The notes under the pieces: model-generated
Databases searched by the model: none
What the model was told of the DNA's origin: nothing
Seen by the model: only the letters and a program-made list of their open reading frames with translations
Assembly: GCA_001821765.1 (NCBI GenBank)
Contig: MHOA01000001.1
Coordinates: 1,580 to 65,579, forward strand
Length of the DNA: 64,000 nucleotides
Direction: 5' to 3'
DNA from: Candidatus Ryanbacteria bacterium RIFCSPLOWO2_12_FULL_44_26
Lineage (GTDB): Bacteria > Patescibacteriota > Minisyncoccia > Ryanbacterales > HO2-45-13
Shown here: piece after piece, positions 48,426-57,259 of the stretch
How positions within the stretch are numbered: position 1 is the stretch's first letter
Layout of the letters: each line of letters begins with the position of its first letter
Program-made: the position numbers and the translations under genes

Positions 48426-48663
48426 GCCGATGTAGCTTAATAGCAGAGCAACGGTTTTGCTCCGATATTCTCAAAAACAAAGGTTTTGTTAGAATATCGA
48501 GAGTCCCCGATTTTGTAAAAAAATTGCCGGCGTAGCTCAGTGGCAGAGCAGCTGTTTTGTAAACAGCAGGTCGTCAGTTCAAATCTGACCGCCGGCTCTA
48601 CAAAATTTTTACAAAATCTGGATAAACCGTAAGTTGTCGGCTTGAGTCCGACCATCGGCTCCA
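48426..48663 (+). other. Interrupted tRNA-like gene: 5' half (acceptor, D-arm, anticodon-stem 5' strand) and 3' half (anticodon-stem 3' strand, variable loop, T-arm, acceptor, CCA) separated by a 163-nt structured insert that contains tRNA-Thr(UGU)
   Basis: GCCGATG (48426-32) pairs CATCGGC (48653-59), discriminator T and CCA at 48660-63; ACGGT (48451-55) pairs ACCGT (48626-30); T-stem GTCGG/CCGAC; D-loop lacks GG and T-loop lacks C56. Confidence 0.4.
48526..48597 (+). tRNA. tRNA-Thr (anticodon UGU)
   Basis: Cloverleaf: GCCGGCG/CGCCGGC acceptor, GCTC..GAGC D-arm, GCTGT-TTTGTAA-ACAGC anticodon arm, GTCAG-TTCAAAT-CTGAC T-arm; flanked by 13-nt inverted repeats 48509-21/48606-18. Confidence 0.8.
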
Positions 48664-48738
48664 TAGTTAAAACAAACTTTTGAATGACTTGACAAGTTAT
48701 TTATTTTATGATTTATTATTAGTTGAAAGGGAGTGTAT

Positions 48739-48963
48739 ATGATAAACAAAATCGGAAAGATAGTTGTAGATAGAGATCTTTGTATCGGGGCGGCATCCTG
48801 TATCGCAATAGCTCCGGAGGTTTTTCAACTTGATGAAGAAAATAAAGCGATTGTAGTAAATCCTAAGAGAGCTGATGACGAAACGATTTTGCTTGCCGCC
48901 AAATCCTGCCCCACAAAAGCCATTATAGTATTTGATGAAGAGGGAAATCAGCTTTATCCATAA
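48739..48963 (+). CDS. Small ferredoxin (single Fe-S cluster, CxxxxC...C type)
   Basis: AAGGGAG RBS 5 nt before ATG; DRDLCIGAASC...KSCP motif. Confidence 0.65.
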   Translation: MINKIGKIVVDRDLCIGAASCIAIAPEVFQLDEENKAIVVNPKRADDETILLAAKSCPTKAIIVFDEEGNQLYP

Positions 48964-49241
48964 AAGGTTGATAAACGCTGTTTCGTTTTTTAAACAAAAA
49001 ATGAAATACGTAGCTTGCATAGCATCACTGCGGTATCGTATTTTTTACTCGATTCGTTATTATAATCATATAGCGTGGTATAATTATAATGCAGATATGT
49101 ATAGAAATACGAAATCCTAAACACAATGCTTGAAACACTATTTACATTCATATGTTCAAAGCTCTGGACGTTTTATTCATTTGAATGTAGTGTCGGAATT
49201 TGTTTTGGATTTCGAAATAAAAGGAGTTCGCATTTTGGTTT

Positions 49242-50507
49242 ATGGAAGAATTAACAAAAACACAACTTGTCTTGTTGGTGCTTTTGGTTAGTTTTATGAC
49301 GTCGGTTGTAACAGGCATTGTTACGGTTACGCTGATTGATCAGGCGCCAAAGCCGGTTACACAGACGATTAACCGAGTTGTTGAAAAAATTGTTGGCACT
49401 GGAGAAGGAAGCAAAAATAACAACGATCCTTTTGTAGTGAATGAAAAAACTGTTGTTGTAACGCAAGAGGAAAAGATTACATCAATAGTTGCTAGTGTTG
49501 CGCCGGCGGTGGTAAGCGTTGTTGCGACAAAAGATGTTCCTCTTTTAACTGAATGTTTTTTTAGCCCTTTTGGCGATAATGACATGTTTGGACGGTTCTT
49601 CCCTGGACTGAAGGTTCCAAGCGTTTGCGAGGAAGGAACGGAACGTCGGCAAGTTTCAGCCGGGAGCGGTTTTTTTGTGAGTGAGTCTGGTTTTGTTGCG
49701 ACAAACCGACACGTGGTTGCTGACGAGACTGCTGACTATAGCGTTATATTAAATAATGGCGACAGCTTGCCAGCACAGGTGCTTGCACGCGATCCTTTTC
49801 AGGACATTGCCATCTTAAAGATTGACGGAGAAGGTTTTACCAGTCTCGCTCTTGGAGATTCCAATACTCTCCAGATAGGGCGCACGGTTATTGCAATCGG
49901 CAATGCATTGGGTGAGTTTCAAAATACGGTTTCCGTAGGAGTTGTTTCCGGTCTTCGGCGGACGGTGAATACCATTGGCGCCGGAACCGTAGAAGAACTT
50001 CGTTCGCTTATCCAAACCGATGCGGCAATCAACCCGGGAAACTCCGGCGGGCCTCTTATTACGCTGGACGGGAAGGCAGTGGGAATCAACACAGCAGTTG
50101 CCAGAGGAGCAGAAAATGTCGGGTTTGCACTGCCAGTCAATATTTTAAAAAAAGATCTGAAAGACATTGAAAAATATGGAAGAATCGTGTACCCTTTTAT
50201 AGGTATTCGATACGTGCTTGTAACCAAGGACGTAGCTGCTGAAAATAACTTGTCTATTAGCTCTGGAGCGCTTATTTTAGGGGATGCTGATCGTCCGGGC
50301 GTTGTTTCCGGTTCTCCAGCTGACAAGGTTGGCCTTACAGTCGGAGATGTTATACTGGAGATAGGAGGGGAAAAAGTCGGGTCTGAAAATCCGATCTCCG
50401 TAGTTATTGAAAAATACAAGCCCGGGGATACGGTATTGTTTAAGGTATTCAAGTCTTCCGGCAAGGAAGTTGACGTGGAGATAACATTCACGGAGTTTAA
50501 ACCGTAA
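49242..50507 (+). CDS. htrA: HtrA/DegP-family serine protease with PDZ domain, N-terminal TM anchor
   Basis: Catalytic His (NRHVV), Asp, GNSGGPL; C-terminal PDZ. Confidence 0.85.
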   Translation: MEELTKTQLVLLVLLVSFMTSVVTGIVTVTLIDQAPKPVTQTINRVVEKIVGTGEGSKNNNDPFVVNEKTVVVTQEEKITSIVASVAPAVVSVVATKDVPLLTECFFSPFGDNDMFGRFFPGLKVPSVCEEGTERRQVSAGSGFFVSESGFVATNRHVVADETADYSVILNNGDSLPAQVLARDPFQDIAILKIDGEGFTSLALGDSNTLQIGRTVIAIGNALGEFQNTVSVGVVSGLRRTVNTIGAGTVEELRSLIQTDAAINPGNSGGPLITLDGKAVGINTAVARGAENVGFALPVNILKKDLKDIEKYGRIVYPFIGIRYVLVTKDVAAENNLSISSGALILGDADRPGVVSGSPADKVGLTVGDVILEIGGEKVGSENPISVVIEKYKPGDTVLFKVFKSSGKEVDVEITFTEFKP

Positions 50508-50741
50508 AGGAATAGATCAAATCTTGTTTGGCAGACACTATAGTGAAGATAATCCCAGCCCATTTTTTATAAAAGTAAACATGATAGCAGAAAGAATAAT
50601 TATTCATAAAAAAAGCGGCGCAAAGCGCTTCGCCCACCAAAGAGTGGGCTGTTTGGCCGCGCACTTTACAAGGAATATAAGCGATAAAAAATGGGCGGGG
50701 CGCTTAAAGTGTAGCCTTCGCTTCGTTTAGTAAATTTTAAT

Positions 50742-53441
50742 ATGTTACCCTTTTCGAATTTTACAATAAAAGCGCAGGAAGCTCTTAAAAAAGCTCATGA
50801 GCTTGCTGTTGAGCGCGGGCAGGGATCGCTGGATGCCATGTATCTGCTTGCAGCTCTTTTACTGCAGGAAGAAGGTGTTATTATTTCACTGGTAGAGAAG
50901 CTCGGGATTGATTATCAATCATTTGCGGACTACGTCCTTGATGCGCTTGATGCGAGGAAGAGTCAACAACTCCTCACGCCCCCGTCGCAGTTTTATATCA
51001 CTCCGGAACTAGCCCGTGTGCTGGAAGAAGCGCATAGAGCCGCTATTTCCTTAAAAGATGAATATATTTCAACGGAACATCTGTTTCTCGCGTTTCTTGA
51101 GACTCCCTCAAAGGCGCGTGACATTCTTGATCGGTTTCATATTGATAAAGAGTCGGTTTTGCAGGTTCTTGCAAGTATCCGGGGCGCTCAGCGTGTAACC
51201 GACGTTGAGCCGGAAAGCAAATATCAGGTTCTTGAAAAATATGCCAGAAATCTGACGCGTCTTGCGCGCGAAGATAAACTTGACCCTGTTATTGGCAGAG
51301 ATACGGAAATTCGCCGTGTCATGCAGGTGCTTTCGCGACGGACAAAAAACAACCCCGTTCTTATAGGAGAAGCAGGGGTCGGGAAAACAGCCATTGTGGA
51401 AGGGCTTGCCCAGCGCGTTGTGTCAGGAAGCGTTCCGGAGAGTCTTCGCGATCATGAGCTTGTTGCTCTGGATCTTGGTGCGCTTGTTGCGGGCACGAAG
51501 TATCGCGGAGAATTTGAAGAACGATTGAAAGCTGTTCTTAGAGAAATTCATCGTGAAGGCAGCAGGATATTATTGTTTATTGACGAGCTGCACACGCTGG
51601 TAGGCGCAGGGTCGGCGGAAGGCGCTATGGACGCTTCTAACATGCTCAAACCCGCGCTTGGAAGGGGAGAACTTCATGCGATCGGCGCCACGACGATAAA
51701 AGAATATCAAAGACACATTGAAAAAGATCCTGCTCTTGCGCGCCGCTTTCAGCCCGTATATGTGGATGAGCCCTCTCCTGAAGATACCGTTGCTATCCTT
51801 TTGGGGTTGAAAGAAAAATACGAGGTGTTTCATGGAATTAAGATAACCAATGAAGCCATTCAAAAAGCGGTGGAGTTGTCTCGGAGATATATTACTGACA
51901 GATTTCTTCCGGATAAAGCCATTGATCTTATTGATGAAGCCGCATCAGCGCTTCGGCTTGAGATTGACAGTGTACCGCGTGATTTGGATGATGTTCGCCA
52001 AGAAATCATGAAATTGGAGATTGAACGGGAGGCGATGAAGCGCGATGAGGGAAGCAAAAACAGCCGCCGGCTGCGTGTTATTGTGCGGCAGCTTGCTGAA
52101 CTGCATGAGAAAAACAAATCCATTGAACTAAAGTGGAAAAACGAGAAAGACACAATTGTCCACATTAGAGAACTCAAGAAAGATTTCGAGAAGTTGCGGA
52201 TGGAGTCTGAAAGTGCGGAGCGCGCTTCAGATTTTACGAAAGTGGCGGAGATTCGTTATTCACGAATGCCGGAGCTTTCAAAACAGCTCAGAGAAGGAGA
52301 GAAACGCCTCAGAAGATTACAAGCATACAGAAAGATTTTAAAAGAGGAAATTGGAGAGGAGGAAATTGCCGAGGTTGTTTCCCGATGGACGGGCGTACCG
52401 GTAAAACGCATGCTTGAAGAAGAAGCAAAAAAACTGCTTAAAATGGAGGACGCGCTTAAGAAACGTATTGTAGGGCAGGATGAAGCTATAAAAGAAATTT
52501 CACATGCGGTAAGGCGGAGCCGCGCCGGCATTAATGAAGAGGATCATCCGATCGGTTCTTTTATATTTCTTGGAGCAAGTGGTGTGGGGAAAACTGAACT
52601 GGGCCGCGCGCTTGCCGAATTTATGTTTAATGATGGAAAAGCGCTTATCCGAGTTGATATGTCCGAGTACATGGAACGGCATACGGTTTCAAAGTTTATC
52701 GGTTCTCCTCCGGGTTATGTCGGGCATGAAGAGGGAGGTCAGTTAACAGAACTTATTCGTCATAGGCCCTATGCTGTTGTGCTTTTTGACGAGATTGAAA
52801 AAGCACACCCGGAAGTGTTTAACATTATGCTTCAAATTCTGGATAACGGCCGCTTAACGGACGCAAAAGGAAGACATGTCAACTTTAAAAATACCATCAT
52901 TATCATGACTTCTAATATTGGCTCCGAGCTTGTAAGAGAAGCCGGATCTATCGGGTTTGATTTGTCTACTGGGGAGAAGGAAGCGAGGCAGTTAAAATCA
53001 AAAGAAGAGGAACTGAAGTCAAAGATTCACAAGCAGCTTGAATCGCATTTCAGGCCGGAGTTCTTAAATCGCCTTGATTCGATAATCATATTTAACAACC
53101 TTTCCAAGGAACATATTCTTGCAATTGTTGATATTCAGCTTGCGCATGTACAGAAACGCCTTGACCAAAAAGAAATAATGTTGGTTGTTGAAAAGAATGT
53201 AAAAGAATTTTTGGCTCGCGAGGGATATAACCCTCAATATGGTGCAAGGCCGCTGAAAAGATTTATTCAAAACAAAATTCTCAATCCTCTTGCCGAAAAA
53301 ATGGTTTCAAAGGAAATACAGGAGGGAGACAGGGTACGCCTGACTGTTAAAGATGAGAGTATTGTATTTGAATATACGCATCGCGTAAGCACTGATAAGA
53401 AGAAAGGAAAGCGAAAAACCGCAACCTCTACCATAAGGTAA
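50742..53441 (+). CDS. clpB: Chaperone ClpB (two AAA+ modules with coiled-coil M-domain)
   Basis: Clp_N repeats, [15 protein letters not shown], long middle domain, second Walker [12 protein letters not shown]. Confidence 0.9.
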   Translation: MLPFSNFTIKAQEALKKAHELAVERGQGSLDAMYLLAALLLQEEGVIISLVEKLGIDYQSFADYVLDALDARKSQQLLTPPSQFYITPELARVLEEAHRAAISLKDEYISTEHLFLAFLETPSKARDILDRFHIDKESVLQVLASIRGAQRVTDVEPESKYQVLEKYARNLTRLAREDKLDPVIGRDTEIRRVMQVLSRRTKNNPVLIGEAGVGKTAIVEGLAQRVVSGSVPESLRDHELVALDLGALVAGTKYRGEFEERLKAVLREIHREGSRILLFIDELHTLVGAGSAEGAMDASNMLKPALGRGELHAIGATTIKEYQRHIEKDPALARRFQPVYVDEPSPEDTVAILLGLKEKYEVFHGIKITNEAIQKAVELSRRYITDRFLPDKAIDLIDEAASALRLEIDSVPRDLDDVRQEIMKLEIEREAMKRDEGSKNSRRLRVIVRQLAELHEKNKSIELKWKNEKDTIVHIRELKKDFEKLRMESESAERASDFTKVAEIRYSRMPELSKQLREGEKRLRRLQAYRKILKEEIGEEEIAEVVSRWTGVPVKRMLEEEAKKLLKMEDALKKRIVGQDEAIKEISHAVRRSRAGINEEDHPIGSFIFLGASGVGKTELGRALAEFMFNDGKALIRVDMSEYMERHTVSKFIGSPPGYVGHEEGGQLTELIRHRPYAVVLFDEIEKAHPEVFNIMLQILDNGRLTDAKGRHVNFKNTIIIMTSNIGSELVREAGSIGFDLSTGEKEARQLKSKEEELKSKIHKQLESHFRPEFLNRLDSIIIFNNLSKEHILAIVDIQLAHVQKRLDQKEIMLVVEKNVKEFLAREGYNPQYGARPLKRFIQNKILNPLAEKMVSKEIQEGDRVRLTVKDESIVFEYTHRVSTDKKKGKRKTATSTIR

Positions 53442-53503
53442 ATACATAAGGTATAATACACTCTATAGTTTGCTTTGCGTTAGTTCGCATTTATAGCATA
53501 CAT

Positions 53504-53532
53504 GCGTCGGTGGCGGAGTGGACAATCGCACC
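53504..53532 (+). repeat. 29-nt exact copy of the 5' end of the downstream tRNA-Tyr gene (acceptor 5' strand + D-arm)
   Basis: Identical to 53797-53825; immediately followed by hairpin CCCCGC-TATAA-GCGGGG. Confidence 0.7.
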
Positions 53533-53558
53533 CCGCTATAAGCGGGGCGGCCTTATAT

Positions 53559-53834
53559 ATGTGGTATGTTTATATTCTTAAGAGTAAAAAGGATAATAAA
53601 TATTATATTGGATGTACATCAGATTTAGATAAACGTCTTGTTCGTCATAATAAAGGAGGCAATAAATCTACTAAAAACAGGAAACCGCTTGAGCTTATTC
53701 ACCGTGAGTTATATGATGATAAACATCAAGCTCTAGCCAGAGAACGAAAGATAAAAAGTTATAAGGGTGGTGATGAGTTTAAGAGGTTAATATCAGGCGT
53801 CGGTGGCGGAGTGGACAATCGCACCAGACTGTAA
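53559..53834 (+). CDS. Small GIY-YIG nuclease-domain protein (COG2827/YhbQ-like); stop codon lies in the tRNA-Tyr anticodon loop
   Basis: WYVYIL...YYIGCT...R..H...ERKIKSYKG GIY-YIG motifs; ORF runs into tRNA-Tyr. Confidence 0.6.
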   Translation: MWYVYILKSKKDNKYYIGCTSDLDKRLVRHNKGGNKSTKNRKPLELIHRELYDDKHQALARERKIKSYKGGDEFKRLISGVGGGVDNRTRL

Positions 53835-53883
53835 ATCTGGCGGCCTCAGGCCTACGCAGGTTCGAATCCTGCCCGGCGCACCA
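53797..53883 (+). tRNA. tRNA-Tyr (anticodon GUA), long variable arm, CCA encoded
   Basis: GCGTCGG/CCGGCGC acceptor, CCAGA-CTGTAAA-TCTGG anticodon arm, GCAGG-TTCGAAT-CCTGC T-arm. Confidence 0.85.
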
Positions 53884-53922
53884 AGACACAACTCAATTCA
53901 GTTTCAGAGATTTTTTAATCAT

Positions 53923-54429
53923 ATGAATCCAGAAAAACCAAATTTCAATCCAGAACCTCCAAAAGAGGAAAATAAAGAAATCAAGGGTGATGGTTTTGTA
54001 ATGGGCGGTAAGGATAGAAAACCGTCTCGGTTTTCTAGTTTTTCCCATGATACTTCCGTAGAATTTCGACCAGGCGAAACCAACGAAGGAAAGATAAAAG
54101 CGAAAGAAGAAGCAATGAAAAAAGAAATTGAGCGCACTAAAAATTTCACTGACGCTGACTATGCCGAAGATTTGTTGAGTGGTATGCTCGAGACGAATAA
54201 TCCTTATTCGGAAACCTTTAAAATTAAACCTGATGGAAAATTTGATAAAATTTTGAGAGCAGATGGCGCTCCTGTTTATTTGGTGGCATATGGTGATACA
54301 CCGGCTGAACTTTACAAAATTGCAGCAGAGATAGAGAAGAAGCATCCGGAGTATTATTTTGCTTTCGAAACCGATCCGCAAGGACAGTGGATGAAATATA
54401 CGGTTTCGAAATCCGAAACTGAAAAATAA
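53923..54429 (+). CDS. Hypothetical protein (168 aa, Lys/Glu-rich)
   Basis: Internal Met after tRNA; no domain recognised. Confidence 0.4.
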   Translation: MNPEKPNFNPEPPKEENKEIKGDGFVMGGKDRKPSRFSSFSHDTSVEFRPGETNEGKIKAKEEAMKKEIERTKNFTDADYAEDLLSGMLETNNPYSETFKIKPDGKFDKILRADGAPVYLVAYGDTPAELYKIAAEIEKKHPEYYFAFETDPQGQWMKYTVSKSETEK

Positions 54430-54434
54430 ATTTG

Positions 54435-54616
54435 TATAATTTCATAATTAAATTGCCGCCAAAGAAAAACTTGTCCTTCGGCAGTGCTCAGGACAATCCT
54501 GAGTTTATCGAAGGATTGAAATTGTCGCCTCGTTTTGCGAGGCGAAAACCGCCAAAGAGCCCCGAGAAAAACATCGGCGCGAACCATATTTTAATTTTGG
54601 GGGAAGAAAATTTTTT
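54435..54616 (+). promoter_or_regulatory. Extended -10 promoter (TGTATAAT) plus ~150-nt structured leader, copy A of a duplicated element
   Basis: Shares ATAATTAAATTGCCGCC...AAAGAAAAACTTGT..TTCGGCAG...ATCCTGAGTTTATCGAAGGA..AATTGTC with 55580-55682. Confidence 0.5.
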
Positions 54617-55138
54617 ATGAATCCTACGCATACGCTTGATGAATTTTTAGACCTTGTTGATGAAAACGATAACGTCGTTGGTAAAAAAAAGCGGTCAGAA
54701 GTTTACGCAGAAAATCTTTCAAATTTCCGGGTAGTGAACGCTTTTGTTGTAAACTCTAAAGGAGAAGTTTGGATACCGAGGCGAGTCGCGAACAAGCGGA
54801 TATTTCCTTTGTGTTTGGATATGAGTATGGGCGGCCACGTTGAAAGCGGCGAGACATACGAGCAAACGCTGAAACGCGAGACACAGGAGGAATTGAATAT
54901 TGATACCGATAAAGCAGAAGTGCGTTTACTCGGCCATTTAACCCCGCAGAAAGACGGCGTTTCAGCGTATATGAACGTTTACGAGATAAAGATGGATGAA
55001 ACACCAAATTACAACAAAAGCGATTTTGTCGAGTATTTTTGGCTGACGCCAAAAGCACTTTTTGAACGAATTGCCAACGGCGAAAAGACAAAAGGTGATT
55101 TACCAAAACTTGTAAAGATTTTTTATGGAGACAAGTAG
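54617..55138 (+). CDS. NUDIX hydrolase
   Basis: Nudix box GGHVESGETYEQTLKRETQEELNI. Confidence 0.75.
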   Translation: MNPTHTLDEFLDLVDENDNVVGKKKRSEVYAENLSNFRVVNAFVVNSKGEVWIPRRVANKRIFPLCLDMSMGGHVESGETYEQTLKRETQEELNIDTDKAEVRLLGHLTPQKDGVSAYMNVYEIKMDETPNYNKSDFVEYFWLTPKALFERIANGEKTKGDLPKLVKIFYGDK

Positions 55139-55574
55139 TCAACCAACAAAAAGAGCATATGCGATTTACCATGTCGGTTTGAAAGTTCTTCTCAAAAAAG
55201 GAGATGAGTTTTTGTTTTTGACGGACGCCGTTGGCAAACATTTTGATTTGCCTGGAGGCCGCATAGACGATGTAGAGCATACTACTCCGCTTACCGAAGT
55301 TATCGCGCGAGAAGTCGGAGAAGAACTTGGCGAAGAAGTAAAATACAAGCTCGGCAAACCAGTTTTTCAATTTCGCCGACATTTTGAAAGTAAAGGGTTG
55401 CATATTTTTCTCACAGTTTACGAAGCAGAATATTTGTCCGGCGAAATCAAACTGTCTGCCGAGCATAGCGACCTCCAATGGGTAGATCCGAAAAAAGTTG
55501 ATTTGAAGGATGAACAATTTTTTCATAAGGAAGAATATCTTGCTTTCAAAAAGTATTTTGAAAATTTGGTTTGA
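55125..55574 (+). CDS. NUDIX hydrolase (second, tandem)
   Basis: Nudix box GGRIDDVEHTTPLTEVIAREVGEELG. Confidence 0.7.
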   Translation: METSSQPTKRAYAIYHVGLKVLLKKGDEFLFLTDAVGKHFDLPGGRIDDVEHTTPLTEVIAREVGEELGEEVKYKLGKPVFQFRRHFESKGLHIFLTVYEAEYLSGEIKLSAEHSDLQWVDPKKVDLKDEQFFHKEEYLAFKKYFENLV

Positions 55575-55579
55575 TTGCA

Positions 55580-55682
55580 TATAATTAAATGCCGCCACTT
55601 CGATAAACTCAGTGCAAGCAAAGAAAAACTTGTGGTTCGGCAGACTTACCATCCTGAGTTTATCGGAGGAAAATTGTCAGCG
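55580..55682 (+). promoter_or_regulatory. Copy B of duplicated TATAAT + structured leader element
   Basis: Same conserved blocks as copy A with a 23-nt insertion and compensatory stem changes (GTCCT/AGGAC vs GTGGT/ACCAT). Confidence 0.5.
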
Positions 55683-56127
55683 GTGCTGCTCCCCGCCTGC
55701 GCCGAGGCTTGGTTCGGCTTTACTCACCATAAGTCGCTCAGTGCAGGCCGCCGCATTTCTGAATTTTCGCGGGGGGATTTCCTCGCCCTTCGATTGACTC
55801 AGGGCGAAATGCCGAAGGTACTGAGGAACGAAGTATGTTCGGATTTTGTCAAACAAGCGCATATCAAAATGAATACCCAGATTTTTACTGGATATTCATT
55901 TTGATAAGTTTTCAGAAGGAAAGCCGTTTTCTACTCAAGTCCTCTTCGGCGGGGTAAAGAAGGCGGCCTCATAACAAACCGCGAGCTTTGTTATGGGATT
56001 TGCCGTATAAAAAGGTTTTTTTAACCTATGTTTAGGCACAATCTGCCATAGTCCTTTTTGAAAAGTTTTAGTATGCTAATAATAGCGTCGTTATCTATTT
56101 TTTATGGAACGTAGACAATAAAATAAA

Positions 56128-57258
56128 ATGTTTAGGGAAAAGAAAGGTAAGGGCAAGACGAAAATTAAAAAACTGTCAAAGCAGAAAAAACGGCCCCCAA
56201 AAAGAGCTCCCAAGAGCATTAAAAGAAAGACAGAAAAGAAAAAACAACCTGGCACGCCGGCTCTTGTAAGAGCAGTAGAAAATCCGATTATTCTGCCAAA
56301 ACCCGAACATCACTGGGAGGCATGGCAGACGTTTAACCCCGGAGTTATCTTGCTTGAAGATAAAATACATTTTCTCTATCGAGCAATCGGGGAAGACGGT
56401 ATCTCGCGTTTCGGATATGCTGTTTCCAGTGATGGATTTGCGATTGATGAGCGATTACCAAACCCAGTTTTCGAGCACCGCTTCACAAAGCCGGTGTTTA
56501 ATTTTTATTCTTTTGTTTCAGGAGGAAGTTTCGGGGGGAGCGAAGATCCGCGCATTGTTCAGGTAAACGGAGAAGATACATTATATATGACTTATACTGC
56601 TTGCGATGAAGGATTGAGAATGGCCTTGTCATCAATAAAAGTTAAGGACTTTTTACGGAAAAAGTGGACATGGGAATTGCCGGTTTTGATCTCGCCGCCC
56701 GGAGAACTTCATAAAAACTGGGTTATTTTCCCGGAAAAAATAAATGGGAAGTATGCTGTCTTGCACAGCATCAGCCCTGAAATATCCATCGCTTATCGCG
56801 ACAGTTTGGAATTTCAAGAAGGCGAATACATTTACAGTTTTTATAACGGCAATAATAGCCAAAGAAAAAATTGCTGGGATAGTTGGGTGCGGGGCGTTGG
56901 GGCGCCGCCGATTAAAACAAATAAAGGCTGGCTGTTGTTTTATCATGCCATCGATGAAAGCGACCCCGGCAAGTACAAGGTTGGCGCCATGCTTCTGGAT
57001 ATACATAATCCGGCTAAAATACTTTGCCGCTCTCAAGAACCAGTTCTGGAGCCGGAAAAAGATTATGAAAGCAACGGTTTTAAAGCGGGTGTTATATATG
57101 TATCCGGAGCGGCGGTGAAAAACGGAGAACTTTTGGTGTATTATGGCGCTTCGGATAGCTATATCAGTGTGGCCCACGCACCAGTAGAGGAATTTTTGAA
57201 CAGATTAATAAGTCAGGCCAAACCGAAACTCAAGGCAAAAACTCTAAAGGGAACATAA
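56128..57258 (+). CDS. GH130/DUF377-like beta-propeller glycosidase/phosphorylase-family protein with highly basic N-terminal tail
   Basis: ...EDPRIV...YMTYTA... pattern; N-terminal 45 aa K/R-rich. Confidence 0.5.
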   Translation: MFREKKGKGKTKIKKLSKQKKRPPKRAPKSIKRKTEKKKQPGTPALVRAVENPIILPKPEHHWEAWQTFNPGVILLEDKIHFLYRAIGEDGISRFGYAVSSDGFAIDERLPNPVFEHRFTKPVFNFYSFVSGGSFGGSEDPRIVQVNGEDTLYMTYTACDEGLRMALSSIKVKDFLRKKWTWELPVLISPPGELHKNWVIFPEKINGKYAVLHSISPEISIAYRDSLEFQEGEYIYSFYNGNNSQRKNCWDSWVRGVGAPPIKTNKGWLLFYHAIDESDPGKYKVGAMLLDIHNPAKILCRSQEPVLEPEKDYESNGFKAGVIYVSGAAVKNGELLVYYGASDSYISVAHAPVEEFLNRLISQAKPKLKAKTLKGT

Positions 57259-57259
57259 G

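Noticed and set aside
48159-48664. Minus-strand ORFs 48159-48425 and 48437-48664
   Set aside because: They overlap tRNA genes and a non-coding leader; the translation RFELTT is the usual reverse-complement artefact of a tRNA T-arm.
53502-53558. Longer N-terminus (MRRWRSGQSHPAISGAALY) for the GIY-YIG ORF
   Set aside because: That extension is a translation of the duplicated tRNA-Tyr 5' fragment; the GIY motif begins at the internal Met at 53559.
54432-55904. ORFs 54432-54620 (62 aa) and 55575-55904 (109 aa) as real protein genes
   Set aside because: They start inside a TATAAT box, lack an RBS, and their similarity is explained by nucleotide-level conservation with compensatory stem changes; treated as RNA leaders, though a leader-peptide role is not excluded.
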